Shown piece after piece: positions 15,784 to 23,997 of a stretch of DNA of 32,000 nt. The stretch comes from Fibrobacter succinogenes subsp. succinogenes S85 (GTDB lineage Bacteria; Fibrobacterota; Fibrobacteria; Fibrobacterales; Fibrobacteraceae): contig NC_017448.1 in assembly GCF_000146505.1 (NCBI RefSeq), positions 3,570,001 through 3,602,000 of the forward strand. The letters run 5' to 3'. A program made the translations under genes and the position numbers. Position 1 is the stretch's first letter; every line of letters begins with the position of its first letter. The notes under the pieces were generated by a model. That model did no database searches and was not told where the DNA came from. It was given only the letters and a program-made list of their open reading frames with translations.

Positions 15784-18315
15784 ATGGACGATTTTGTAGA
15801 ATGCAATGTTGTTGATGATAGTGTTTTAGATAAAGAGTTGAACCCGGAACAGGCCGCTGCCGCGAAGAAAATTAACGGCCCGATGCTGATTTTGGCCGGT
15901 GCAGGTTCTGGAAAGACGCGTTGCATTACTTACAAGATTGCTCACCTGGTTTCGTACCACAAGATTGATTCCAACCGCGTGCTGGCAGTGACTTTTACGA
16001 ACAAGGCCGCTCGCGAAATGAAGGACCGTATCCAGAAGCTTTTGAATTGCCGTAAGCCGTTCACGTGGATGGGGACGTTCCACTCTGTTTGCCTTAAGTT
16101 ATTGAAACTCTGCTTGGCGAAGGAATCTGTAATCAAGGCTCTTGGCGGCAAGTGGTTTGATGCAAACTTCTCCATTTACGATGATGATGACCAGAAGCGC
16201 ATCCTCAAGGAAATCTTGAAGGACGATCTTGGCGACGATTATGACGTGAATGAATTGAAGAAGGTTCATAGCGCGATTTCCCGTTTCAAGAATACGGTCT
16301 TGTACAAGAACGACAAGGCGGTTTTGCAGACTCCGGATGTGGCTGCATTGAACGCTGAATTTGCCGACGAAGAACGCAAGGCGCGCTATTACGCTGCTTA
16401 CCAGAAAAAGCTTGCGGAATCGAACGCGATGGACTTTGATGACTTGCTGTTCAATACGGTTCGCATGTTGCAGATGGTCCCGAATTTGGCAGAACAGCTG
16501 AGAGAACGTTTCCAATACGTTGTTGTGGACGAATATCAGGATACGAATGACGTCCAGTATGAACTTTTGAAGTTGCTCATCAACAGGGATACGAAAAACG
16601 TAACGGTGGTGGGCGATGACGACCAGAGTATTTACGGTTGGCGTGGCGCAAACATCAAGATTATCCGTAACTTCCACCGCGATTTTGCTCCGGTGACGAT
16701 TGTCAAGCTCGAACGCAATTATCGCTCAACTGCAAACATTGTGAAGGGCGCAGGTTCCGTGATTGCGCATAACGTCCGCCCTGCCGAAATGCAGAAGAAC
16801 GTGTTCTCCAAGGAAGAAGCGGGCGAGCTTATTCACGTGCGCTATTTTGAAGATGACCGTGCCGAAGCATCGAACATTGCAAAGACGGTGGCTCAGGCGG
16901 GTCCTGATTTTTATGCCAAGACGGCAATTTTCTACCGCACGAACGCGCAGTCCCGAGTGCTTGAAAAGGCGCTCAACGATTTGCGCATCCCGTCGGTGAT
17001 TTTTGGCGGTACAAGATTCTGGGACCGCAAGGAAATCAAGGATGTGCTTGCCTACTTGCGTGTGCTCGCCAACGAGAAAGACGATGCCGCTTACTTGCGT
17101 GTGATTAACACTCCGCCGCGTGCCATCGGCAAGACGACAGTCGAAGGCGTGCTCGCCAAGGTGAAAGCGGGCGAGGGTTCGTTCTGGGACAATTTATTGG
17201 CCGAGGCGAACGGCACGGGGCGCGGCGCTCCGAAGCTTAAGGTTTTTACGGACCTTGTGACGAACTGGAAGAACATGATGACTTCTGGTGAGTATCCGCT
17301 CCCGATTCTTGCAGAACATATCATCAACGATACGGGCTATAAGGACTTCTTGCGCAAGGAAGACGAAGTCACGGCTGATGAACGCATTGCGAACTTGGAC
17401 GAAATGATCAACGCTATCCGTGAATTTGACGAAGAACATCCGGGGGCTACTCTCGATGCGTTCTTGCAGGATATTTCGCTTTTGACGGATGGCGACAAGA
17501 AGGTCGATACATCAAAGGGCCTTGTGACGCTCATGACGATCCACATGGCAAAGGGCTTGGAATTCAATACGGTTCACCTGGCGGGCTGCGATGATGAAAT
17601 CTTCCCGCTCGTGCGTGGAACTTCTATGCTCTCGATGGCAGAAATCAACGAGCAGATGGAAGAAGAACGCCGCCTGTTCTATGTGGGCTGCACCCGTGCT
17701 GAAAAGAAACTTTATCTGTACCATGCGGAACGCAGGTTCTTCCAGGGGAACATCCGTCCGTTTGCGCCGTCGCGCTTCCTCAAGGAATTGGATCCGTCCG
17801 TTGTCGACTTTACGCCGTGCTTGAATACACGTCCGTCTGTTCCTGATTTTGTCGGCAATACGCGCTCCAAGCCGTCTTACGGTTCGTACGGCTCGTCAAA
17901 CTATGGCTCTCGTCCGTCCTATGGAAATTCGGGCTCGGGCAACTCTTATGGCAACCGCTCGTTTGGCGGCGCCTCCCACGGCAGTAGCTTTGGCGGATCT
18001 CGTAGCGGTTTTGGCGGGTCTTCGTTTGGCTCTCGTCCTGCGCCTGTGCCGGCGTCCATCAAGAAGAACGATAAGCACATTGTCTACCGCAATCCGGTGA
18101 AGGTTGTAAAGGCTCCTGCTCCGTCTGGTCCGACAATCGAGTACGATAATCCGTACCACGAGGGCGCCCGCGTTCGCCATTCCAGGTATGGAACGGGTGT
18201 GATTATGAAGGCTTACGGCAGTGGCGATAACGCCCGCGTCGATGTGCGCTTCGACCGCGAGAACATGAACCGCACCATCATCCTCAAATACGCTGCTTTG
18301 GAAGTGATTGGATAG
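15784..18315 (+). CDS. UvrD/PcrA/Rep-family ATP-dependent DNA helicase with an S/Y/G-rich low-complexity linker and a small C-terminal domain
   Basis: Motifs AGAGSGKT, TFTNKAAREM, VDEYQDTN, LERNYRST, TIHMAKGLEF and YVGCTRA. AGGAG Shine-Dalgarno sequence at 15773-15777. Confidence 0.92.
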   Translation: MDDFVECNVVDDSVLDKELNPEQAAAAKKINGPMLILAGAGSGKTRCITYKIAHLVSYHKIDSNRVLAVTFTNKAAREMKDRIQKLLNCRKPFTWMGTFHSVCLKLLKLCLAKESVIKALGGKWFDANFSIYDDDDQKRILKEILKDDLGDDYDVNELKKVHSAISRFKNTVLYKNDKAVLQTPDVAALNAEFADEERKARYYAAYQKKLAESNAMDFDDLLFNTVRMLQMVPNLAEQLRERFQYVVVDEYQDTNDVQYELLKLLINRDTKNVTVVGDDDQSIYGWRGANIKIIRNFHRDFAPVTIVKLERNYRSTANIVKGAGSVIAHNVRPAEMQKNVFSKEEAGELIHVRYFEDDRAEASNIAKTVAQAGPDFYAKTAIFYRTNAQSRVLEKALNDLRIPSVIFGGTRFWDRKEIKDVLAYLRVLANEKDDAAYLRVINTPPRAIGKTTVEGVLAKVKAGEGSFWDNLLAEANGTGRGAPKLKVFTDLVTNWKNMMTSGEYPLPILAEHIINDTGYKDFLRKEDEVTADERIANLDEMINAIREFDEEHPGATLDAFLQDISLLTDGDKKVDTSKGLVTLMTIHMAKGLEFNTVHLAGCDDEIFPLVRGTSMLSMAEINEQMEEERRLFYVGCTRAEKKLYLYHAERRFFQGNIRPFAPSRFLKELDPSVVDFTPCLNTRPSVPDFVGNTRSKPSYGSYGSSNYGSRPSYGNSGSGNSYGNRSFGGASHGSSFGGSRSGFGGSSFGSRPAPVPASIKKNDKHIVYRNPVKVVKAPAPSGPTIEYDNPYHEGARVRHSRYGTGVIMKAYGSGDNARVDVRFDRENMNRTIILKYAALEVIG

Positions 18316-18363
18316 CGGCTCTGCCGCTTGGGGTTGTGGGCTATGAGCTCGGAGCTAAAGCTC

Positions 18364-18460
18364 CTTTGAGGTCGCTTCGCTTTGAGAATATTGCTAAAGC
18401 CCATACCTCAAAGCACCCCTAGGGGTGCGACCCCATACCCCATTGCTACTAAAATATTCT
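18364..18460. repeat. Structured intergenic element between the helicase gene and gatC
   Basis: CTTTGAG x2 (18364, 18380) flank GTCGCTTCG. CTTTGAGGT (18364-18372) is complementary to ACCTCAAAG (18405-18413). 16-nt perfect palindrome GCACCCCTAGGGGTGC (18413-18428). CCCATACC x2 (18400, 18432). GAGAATATTGCTAAAG (18384-18399) is mirrored by ATTGCTACTAAAATATTCT (18442-18460). Confidence 0.7.
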
Positions 18461-18489
18461 ATCTTGCATCCTGTAAAAAAGAGGTAATT

Positions 18490-18771
18490 ATGCTTGAACG
18501 TGAAGAAGTTTTGAAGCTCGCGAAGTTGTCTCGCTTGAGCATTGCAGAAGAAGATATTCCGGCTATCAAGGGTCACTTGGATAAGATGCTCGACCATCTC
18601 GAAGCATTGAAGGCTTTGGACCTTTCTAACGTGGAACCGATGACCGCTGTCGAAAACGGCGCTACCATCCTCCGCGAAGACGTGCCGGTCCAGGGTTTTA
18701 CGCTTGATCAGGCTTTTGCAAACGCTCCTGCTGTTGAAAACGATCACTTCGCCATCCCGAAGGTGATGTAG
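18490..18771 (+). CDS. gatC: Asp/Glu-tRNA amidotransferase subunit C
   Basis: MLEREEVLKLAKLSRLSIAEEDI...LDLSNVEPMT is typical GatC (~93 aa). GAGG Shine-Dalgarno sequence at 18481-18484. The track ORF start at 18382 runs through the structured spacer and is rejected. Confidence 0.9.
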   Translation: MLEREEVLKLAKLSRLSIAEEDIPAIKGHLDKMLDHLEALKALDLSNVEPMTAVENGATILREDVPVQGFTLDQAFANAPAVENDHFAIPKVM

Positions 18772-18829
18772 TCGGCGCACTTGCCCGACGCATTTGCCGA
18801 ATTTCGCGCATTTCGTTACGCATTTCGCT

Positions 18830-19582
18830 TTGAACAAGGTCAGTTGCATCGTCCCGGCCCGCATGGGCTCGTCCAGATTCCCGGGGAAACCTCTCCTGAA
18901 GCTCAACGGCAAGGAGATGATTGTCCGTACTATGGAACGTGCGCTCCTTGCGGATTGCTTTGACCGCATTGTCTGTGCGACGGACAGTCCCGAAATCGAA
19001 GCTGTCGTTCAGGCGGCTGGCTTTGACTGCGTGATGACGGGGGAATGTGCAACTGGTTCCGACCGCGTGGCTGAAGCTGCTAAAAAGCTTGGTCTTGACC
19101 TGGTCGTGAATCTCCAGGGCGACGAGCCTCTCGTTGAACCTTCCGTGCTCCGCGATGTCGCGAAAGACCTCTCGGAACACCCCGACTGCTGGGTGACGGT
19201 CGCATGCCCGTTGAACCCTGCAGAAGCAGAACTCAAGACCGTCGTGAAAGTGCTCGTGCGCGACGGTGTGGCTGTAGACTTTACAAGGTCTGTGCCGCCT
19301 GCAGAAGCGAGCCGCTGGTTCCAGCACCAGGGCATTTACGCTTACTCCCGCGAAGCTCGCGATGAGTTTGCGTCGCTCCCGCAGAACAAGATTGAGCTGG
19401 AACGCTCGCTGGAGCAGATGCGAATCTTGGGGAAGCGCCCCATTCGCATTGTCCAGAGTGTGTATCCGAGCATTTCCGTGGACGTCCCGTCGGACGCTAC
19501 CCACGTTGAGAATATTTTGCTAGATCATTTGCTAAATCCTTTGCTAGATGAACCTTTCAGAAAAGGCAATGAACGCATCTGA
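18830..19582 (+). CDS. kdsB: 3-deoxy-manno-octulosonate cytidylyltransferase (CMP-KDO synthetase)
   Basis: IVPARMGSSRFPGKPL, NLQGDEP and HQGIYAY motifs. The start is uncertain: TTG 18830 gives MNKVSCIVPAR..., and the track uses TTG 18794. The last ~19 aa are encoded by a 12-nt x3 repeat and look like a read-through tail. Confidence 0.85.
   Translation: MNKVSCIVPARMGSSRFPGKPLLKLNGKEMIVRTMERALLADCFDRIVCATDSPEIEAVVQAAGFDCVMTGECATGSDRVAEAAKKLGLDLVVNLQGDEPLVEPSVLRDVAKDLSEHPDCWVTVACPLNPAEAELKTVVKVLVRDGVAVDFTRSVPPAEASRWFQHQGIYAYSREARDEFASLPQNKIELERSLEQMRILGKRPIRIVQSVYPSISVDVPSDATHVENILLDHLLNPLLDEPFRKGNERI
19516..19551 (+). repeat. 3 x 12-nt tandem repeat TTTGCTA(G/A)AT(CA/CC/GA)
   Basis: Copies at 19516-19527, 19528-19539 and 19540-19551. 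Encodes LLDH/LLNP/LLDE at the kdsB 3' end and contains the ATG at 19548. Preceded by GAGAATATT (19508-19516). Confidence 0.8.
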
Positions 19583-20042
19583 AAAAAGAATTCTCAAACT
19601 CGCAATCATCCTCTTTATCATTGGTTTAACCGTCCGCTACCTCCCGTGGGGGCTCCCGTCTATAGAAACATTCGAAGTCGGTGACGCTATAGTTGTCGCT
19701 AATGCGCCTCCGGGATTATCTTCTGATGCTTTTCCACTTGCAGATGCGAGTACGGTCCCGTCTGACGATACAAACAAAATAACACCCTTTGCGGATCCCG
19801 GCCCGAAATCAACCGAGCATCACCGTAAGGCGAAGAAAAAAGTCACGCTCCCGCTCCATATTAATACGGCGAGTGCCGACGACTTGTGCGCGCTAAAGGG
19901 GGTGGGGCCAAAGCTTGCCGAAAAGATTATTGAGCAAAGAACGGCGTCAGGACCGTTTAAAGGGCCTTCTGACCTCAAAAAAGTGCATGGAATTGGAAAG
20001 AAAAAGCTTGAAAACATGTTACAATCGATAATTTTTGATTAG
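19548..20042 (+). CDS. ComEA-like helix-hairpin-helix DNA-binding protein (membrane anchored)
   Basis: N-terminal TM helix LKLAIILFIIGLTV. C-terminal tandem HhH region INTASADDLCALKGVGPKLAEKIIEQR...LKKVHGIGKKKLE. The alternative start ATG 19569 has AAAAGG upstream. Confidence 0.8.
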   Translation: MNLSEKAMNASEKRILKLAIILFIIGLTVRYLPWGLPSIETFEVGDAIVVANAPPGLSSDAFPLADASTVPSDDTNKITPFADPGPKSTEHHRKAKKKVTLPLHINTASADDLCALKGVGPKLAEKIIEQRTASGPFKGPSDLKKVHGIGKKKLENMLQSIIFD

Positions 20043-20074
20043 TTTTAGGAAGAAAACTTTACATAAGTGTGTTT

Positions 20075-20986
20075 ATGAGCGAATCGAAGTTATATCTAGG
20101 TGTAGAAGTTGGCGACCACTATATGAAGGTTGCCCTTGTGGACTCTTCTGAAAAGAAGGTGGTCAAGACGGCTGTGCTCCCGGTGGAGTGTAACCCCATT
20201 TACGATATTTTCCTTTTTGAAAGTACTCTCCAGCAGTGGGTGGACGAGAACCAGATCAAGGAAATCGAAGCGACTTCTGTCACCGTGCCTGCAAAGATGT
20301 CGATTATCCGCAAAGTTTACGTACCGCCTGAGGCAGTAGCCAACAAGGATCAGTATTTGAAATGGTACATGGAACTTTTCACCAACGCCGATGTGAGCGC
20401 CTATATCGTGGACTCCAAGACGTTGAGCGGTGACGATTCCTTTGGCTATAACGAACTTGTAATGGCCGTTCGAAAGGAATGGGTTGATGCCTTGCGCAAG
20501 GGTTTCCGTTCCCGTATGCTTGCTCCGAAATCGATGGAAGTCGATGTTCTTTCGCTCATGAACGTGATGGATGTTGGCGAGAAGGTCAAGGATGCCGTTT
20601 GCATCGTGAAGGCTGACTTTGACGGTGTGTCGATTGTCTGGATGCGTCGCGACGAGCTTTTGGCTTTGCGTGGCGTCTCGACTCTTTCGATGGTCGGTAA
20701 GACTGCCGATGCCGCTTACCCGATCCTTGCCGATGAAATTGTTGAACAGATGAAGCTGGTTGAAACGGAAAATGGCGTGAACGGCGTGACCGACGTTCGC
20801 CTTTGCGGTGAAATGGCATCGGAAGATTCCTTTGTCGATCTCCTCATGGGCAAGCTGGAAGGATATAACGTATCGCTGATCAAGTCGCTGTCTCAGCTTC
20901 CGTCTGACGAAAGTGTTGACCCTATTAACATGGTTTACTGCGTCGGTGCCGTTGGTGCCGCCTTGAACCCGATGGAGGGTGTATGA
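20075..20986 (+). CDS. pilM: PilM-like actin-fold pilus assembly protein
   Basis: N-terminal LYLGVEVGDHYMKVALVD (phosphate-1-like motif of the actin/HSP70 fold), ~300 aa, followed by an overlapping single-TM partner. ATG 20075 is preferred over GTG 20069. Confidence 0.6.
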   Translation: MSESKLYLGVEVGDHYMKVALVDSSEKKVVKTAVLPVECNPIYDIFLFESTLQQWVDENQIKEIEATSVTVPAKMSIIRKVYVPPEAVANKDQYLKWYMELFTNADVSAYIVDSKTLSGDDSFGYNELVMAVRKEWVDALRKGFRSRMLAPKSMEVDVLSLMNVMDVGEKVKDAVCIVKADFDGVSIVWMRRDELLALRGVSTLSMVGKTADAAYPILADEIVEQMKLVETENGVNGVTDVRLCGEMASEDSFVDLLMGKLEGYNVSLIKSLSQLPSDESVDPINMVYCVGAVGAALNPMEGV

Positions 20987-21972
20987 TTCGCATGAACCTT
21001 ATTGCGGTAGCTGAAAAGAATGCTACCATCGGTAATGCATCTCAGCATTTGCATGTGACGAATGTTGCGGATGTGGAACGCCGCTACAAGAGAAAGTATT
21101 TGACGGTTGCTGTGGCTGCCTTGTTTGTGTTTGTGGCCTTTAGCTGCTACATGAGCATCAAGGGTGTTCCGGCTGCGTTGGATGGCGTCTTCCCGGAATC
21201 TTACCTCAACTTGATTGGGGCGAAGAACCCTAATATGAACAAGACGACCCCTGCCGGTCCGACCGCCGAAGAGATTGCCAGACAGCAGGAAGCTGTGGCG
21301 AAGGCTCGTGCCGCCATGCCTGTAAGGGATATTGTGGCCGAAATCAATCCGCAGGTCCTGTTTAATAACAAACGAACGGGCTATGGCAGCTATTTGCCGC
21401 TCGAAAAGCTTTCGTACCAGAAGACTTCGCTCCCGCAGTTCCTTTCATTCCTCAATACCGCAGTTCCGGACGATATCGGTTTCTCGGAATGCGTGTACCA
21501 GGCTCCGAACTACTATTATTTGCGCGGTGTCGCGATGAAGGCTTCGTCGCAGCATACGCTTATAGATAGACTCAAGGCGGTGAGCAGACAGTTCCAGTCT
21601 CCGATTGCATCTGAAGCGGCAACTGAAGTGGCTGCATTTGGCCAGTTCAATGTTCCGCAGGTTCGCCTGGATGCTGTGCGCGGCTTTGTCCCTGCTAGCG
21701 AAATTCCTGCTGAAATCAAGGCGCTCAAGAATCTTTCTTCTACGAACAAGGTTCAGTTGAAGGGCTTGGAAAAGCCTGTTGTTGAAGACTTTGGCGTATT
21801 CAAGCGCTATGCATACAACGTATCTTCGACGGCTGACTTTGCCGATTTGCTGAATTTCTTGAACGCATTTGCCAATTCCCCGATCCGCATGGGTGTACCG
21901 AAAGCTGAACTCAAGTACGCCAAGAAGTTCTTGATTACGAACATGCGTATCGAAATGTTTGTTCTCCGCTAG
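20983..21972 (+). CDS. Single-pass membrane protein, PilN/PilO-like by position (function uncertain)
   Basis: ATGA overlap with the pilM-like gene. One TM helix LTVAVAALFVFVAFSCYM after a ~35-aa cytoplasmic N-terminus, as in PilN. No motif-level identification. Confidence 0.45.
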   Translation: MIRMNLIAVAEKNATIGNASQHLHVTNVADVERRYKRKYLTVAVAALFVFVAFSCYMSIKGVPAALDGVFPESYLNLIGAKNPNMNKTTPAGPTAEEIARQQEAVAKARAAMPVRDIVAEINPQVLFNNKRTGYGSYLPLEKLSYQKTSLPQFLSFLNTAVPDDIGFSECVYQAPNYYYLRGVAMKASSQHTLIDRLKAVSRQFQSPIASEAATEVAAFGQFNVPQVRLDAVRGFVPASEIPAEIKALKNLSSTNKVQLKGLEKPVVEDFGVFKRYAYNVSSTADFADLLNFLNAFANSPIRMGVPKAELKYAKKFLITNMRIEMFVLR

Positions 21973-21973
21973 T

Positions 21974-22516
21974 ATGCCGATTCGTATTACAGGCGGTTTG
22001 TTGCGGGGGCGCAACATCGAGTCCCCGGATACCATGAAAACACGTCCGACAGCTTCCCGCACGAGGGAAGCTCTCTTTAACATTTTGCAGGGCGTCGATG
22101 GATTCCGCGTGCTGGACCTTTTTGCCGGAAGCGGCATTATGGGGCTTGAGGCGTTGAGCCGTGGGGCAGCAAGTGTGACTGCCGTAGAGCTTGCGCGTCC
22201 GCAGGCGAGGATGATTGAACGCTCGTACAAGTCGGTCAACATGGATTCCAAACTCAAACTCTTGGAAACGAACGTTTTGACCTTGAAAAAGGAAATTGTC
22301 TGTGCCGATGGCGGTTTTGACCTGATTTATGCGGATCCGCCGTTCAAGGACATGGATTACCCGGATTTGCGACCGTTTGTGGAGTGGCTGAACCCTGGTG
22401 GCGTGGCTGTTTTTGAGGCTCCGAGCCGCAAATTGCCCGAATGGGCCAAGGGTGATGATTTTCAGGGGCAAGTTCGCCGCTATGGCGAGTCGTCGCTGAT
22501 TATTTTCAGGGCGTGA
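21974..22516 (+). CDS. rsmD: 16S rRNA (guanine966-N2)-methyltransferase RsmD
   Basis: TRPTASRTREALFNIL, LDLFAGSGIMGLEALSRGA and YADPPF motifs. ATG 21974 lies 1 nt after the upstream stop. Confidence 0.88.
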   Translation: MPIRITGGLLRGRNIESPDTMKTRPTASRTREALFNILQGVDGFRVLDLFAGSGIMGLEALSRGAASVTAVELARPQARMIERSYKSVNMDSKLKLLETNVLTLKKEIVCADGGFDLIYADPPFKDMDYPDLRPFVEWLNPGGVAVFEAPSRKLPEWAKGDDFQGQVRRYGESSLIIFRA

Positions 22517-22535
22517 TTTTTGTAAATTATACCAC

Positions 22536-23117
22536 ATGGTGTGGAATTCTAAAGCACAGAAGAAATCGATAGTGGAGGATGGCTGCAGACGCCGTGTGGC
22601 GGTTTTTGCGGGTTCCTTCGATCCGTTTACAGTTGGTCACCTTGACCTTGTAAAACGTGCCGCAATGATGTTCGATTCCCTGTTTGTCGTTGTCGCCCAG
22701 AACGCAAGCAAGAAAAACTTGTTTGATGCCGAAACTCGTGCCGCAATGGTGGAGGAGGCTGTCTCTGAAATCCCGAATGTATCGGTTGCTGTACACGGTG
22801 GCTTGACTGTTGATTTCATGAAGACGGTCGGGGCGCATTATCTGGTGCGCGGAATCCGCAATTCTTCTGACTTGGATGCAGAACAGGCGGTTGCCTGGAA
22901 CAACAAGGTCATTTACGGGAATGGCGATGTCGAGACTGTGCTTTTGCTCAGTGCGCAGGAGCATCTCGTGGTGAGCAGTACGCTCGTTCGTGAACTCCTC
23001 AAGTGTGGCGCCGCAAAGAGTGCGTCCGAACAGAAGTCGCTAATTTCTAAATATGTGCCGAAGAACATGGTCTCCATGCTTTTAAAAGAGTTTAGGAAAA
23101 ATTATGAAGCCATTTAA
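22536..23117 (+). CDS. coaD: Phosphopantetheine adenylyltransferase
   Basis: AVFAGSFDPFTVGHLDLVKRA and SSTLVRE motifs. The N-terminal extension is uncertain (GTG 22572 is possible). About 30 extra C-terminal residues relative to a typical CoaD. Confidence 0.88.
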   Translation: MVWNSKAQKKSIVEDGCRRRVAVFAGSFDPFTVGHLDLVKRAAMMFDSLFVVVAQNASKKNLFDAETRAAMVEEAVSEIPNVSVAVHGGLTVDFMKTVGAHYLVRGIRNSSDLDAEQAVAWNNKVIYGNGDVETVLLLSAQEHLVVSSTLVRELLKCGAAKSASEQKSLISKYVPKNMVSMLLKEFRKNYEAI

Positions 23118-23997
23118 ATATTTGCCCAAGGCCTTGCAGACGCTCTTGCTTGCGAATGCAGTCGTTTTTATTATCGCTTTTCTTGGGCGTGGACTTGAAG
23201 TGGACCTGGGGGCCGGTTATGGGAGCCTCACGGATTACATCAACTACTACGGCGCCTTTATGCCGAGAGTTCCGCTGGAACTTTGGCGCTATGTGACGTA
23301 CATGTTCATCCATTTTGACTTTATGCATTTCTTCTTCAACATGCTGATGCTCTGGATGTTCGGTTCCGAAGTAGCGGAATGGATGGGATCGCGTCATTTT
23401 GTCTCGATGTACTTTTTCTGCGGAATCTTTGCCGCGCTGTTCAGCTTTTTCATGTGCATCCTCGGGCTCACGAACAATCCGATTATCGGTGCGTCGGGCG
23501 CCTTGATGGGTGTCTTTGTCGCCTACTACAAGTTCTTCCCGGATCGTGTCATCCTCATGTTCTTTGTGATTCCGATGCGAATCAAGAATGCCATGTGGGT
23601 GATGATTGCGCTTGATATCCTCTTTGCAAATTCGGGTGACATGATTGCGCACTTTGCCCACTTGGGCGGTGTGGTCGCTGGGTTCCTTTACATGGCGATT
23701 TACCAGAACGGACCGAAGGTGCTTTACCACTCTCCGCTTTCGGCTATTTTCCGCCTGTTTTCGGGCAATCCTGAAAAGTATAATCGAGACCGTAGTTCGG
23801 GTTCGCGCTCAAGTTCGCGCCGTTCTGATGAACCGGAAATTCTCGAAGGTGAAGTGTTCTACGTAGATGAACAGAAACGCATGGACGAAATCCTCAAGAA
23901 GGTGGAACGCGAAGGCCTCCAGTCCTTGAGTGAATCGGAACGTGATTTTTTATTGAAAGCGGGTGACAAGTTGCGTCGCCGTCGCGGAGGATTCTAA
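23104..23997 (+). CDS. Rhomboid-family intramembrane serine protease with a charged C-terminal tail
   Basis: Multi-TM protein with HFDFMHFFFNM, GASGALMG (catalytic Ser) and AHLGGVVAGF (catalytic His). Overlaps coaD by 14 nt. Confidence 0.88.
   Translation: MKPFKYLPKALQTLLLANAVVFIIAFLGRGLEVDLGAGYGSLTDYINYYGAFMPRVPLELWRYVTYMFIHFDFMHFFFNMLMLWMFGSEVAEWMGSRHFVSMYFFCGIFAALFSFFMCILGLTNNPIIGASGALMGVFVAYYKFFPDRVILMFFVIPMRIKNAMWVMIALDILFANSGDMIAHFAHLGGVVAGFLYMAIYQNGPKVLYHSPLSAIFRLFSGNPEKYNRDRSSGSRSSSRRSDEPEILEGEVFYVDEQKRMDEILKKVEREGLQSLSESERDFLLKAGDKLRRRRGGF

Noticed and set aside
17849-18180. ORFs 17849..18100 (plus strand) and 17896..18180 (minus strand).
   Set aside because: They are alternative-frame readings of the S/Y/G low-complexity tract of the helicase gene and give Arg/Ala-rich nonsense.
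18413-18428. The GC-rich 16-nt perfect palindrome as the rho-independent terminator of the helicase gene.
   Set aside because: No T-tract follows (the next bases are GACCCCATACCCC). It is kept as part of the structured element rather than called a terminator.
18382-18489. Upstream extension of the gatC ORF (track start 18382).
   Set aside because: It runs through the palindrome-rich intergenic element. The GatC homology starts at MLEREEV (ATG 18490), which has its own Shine-Dalgarno sequence.
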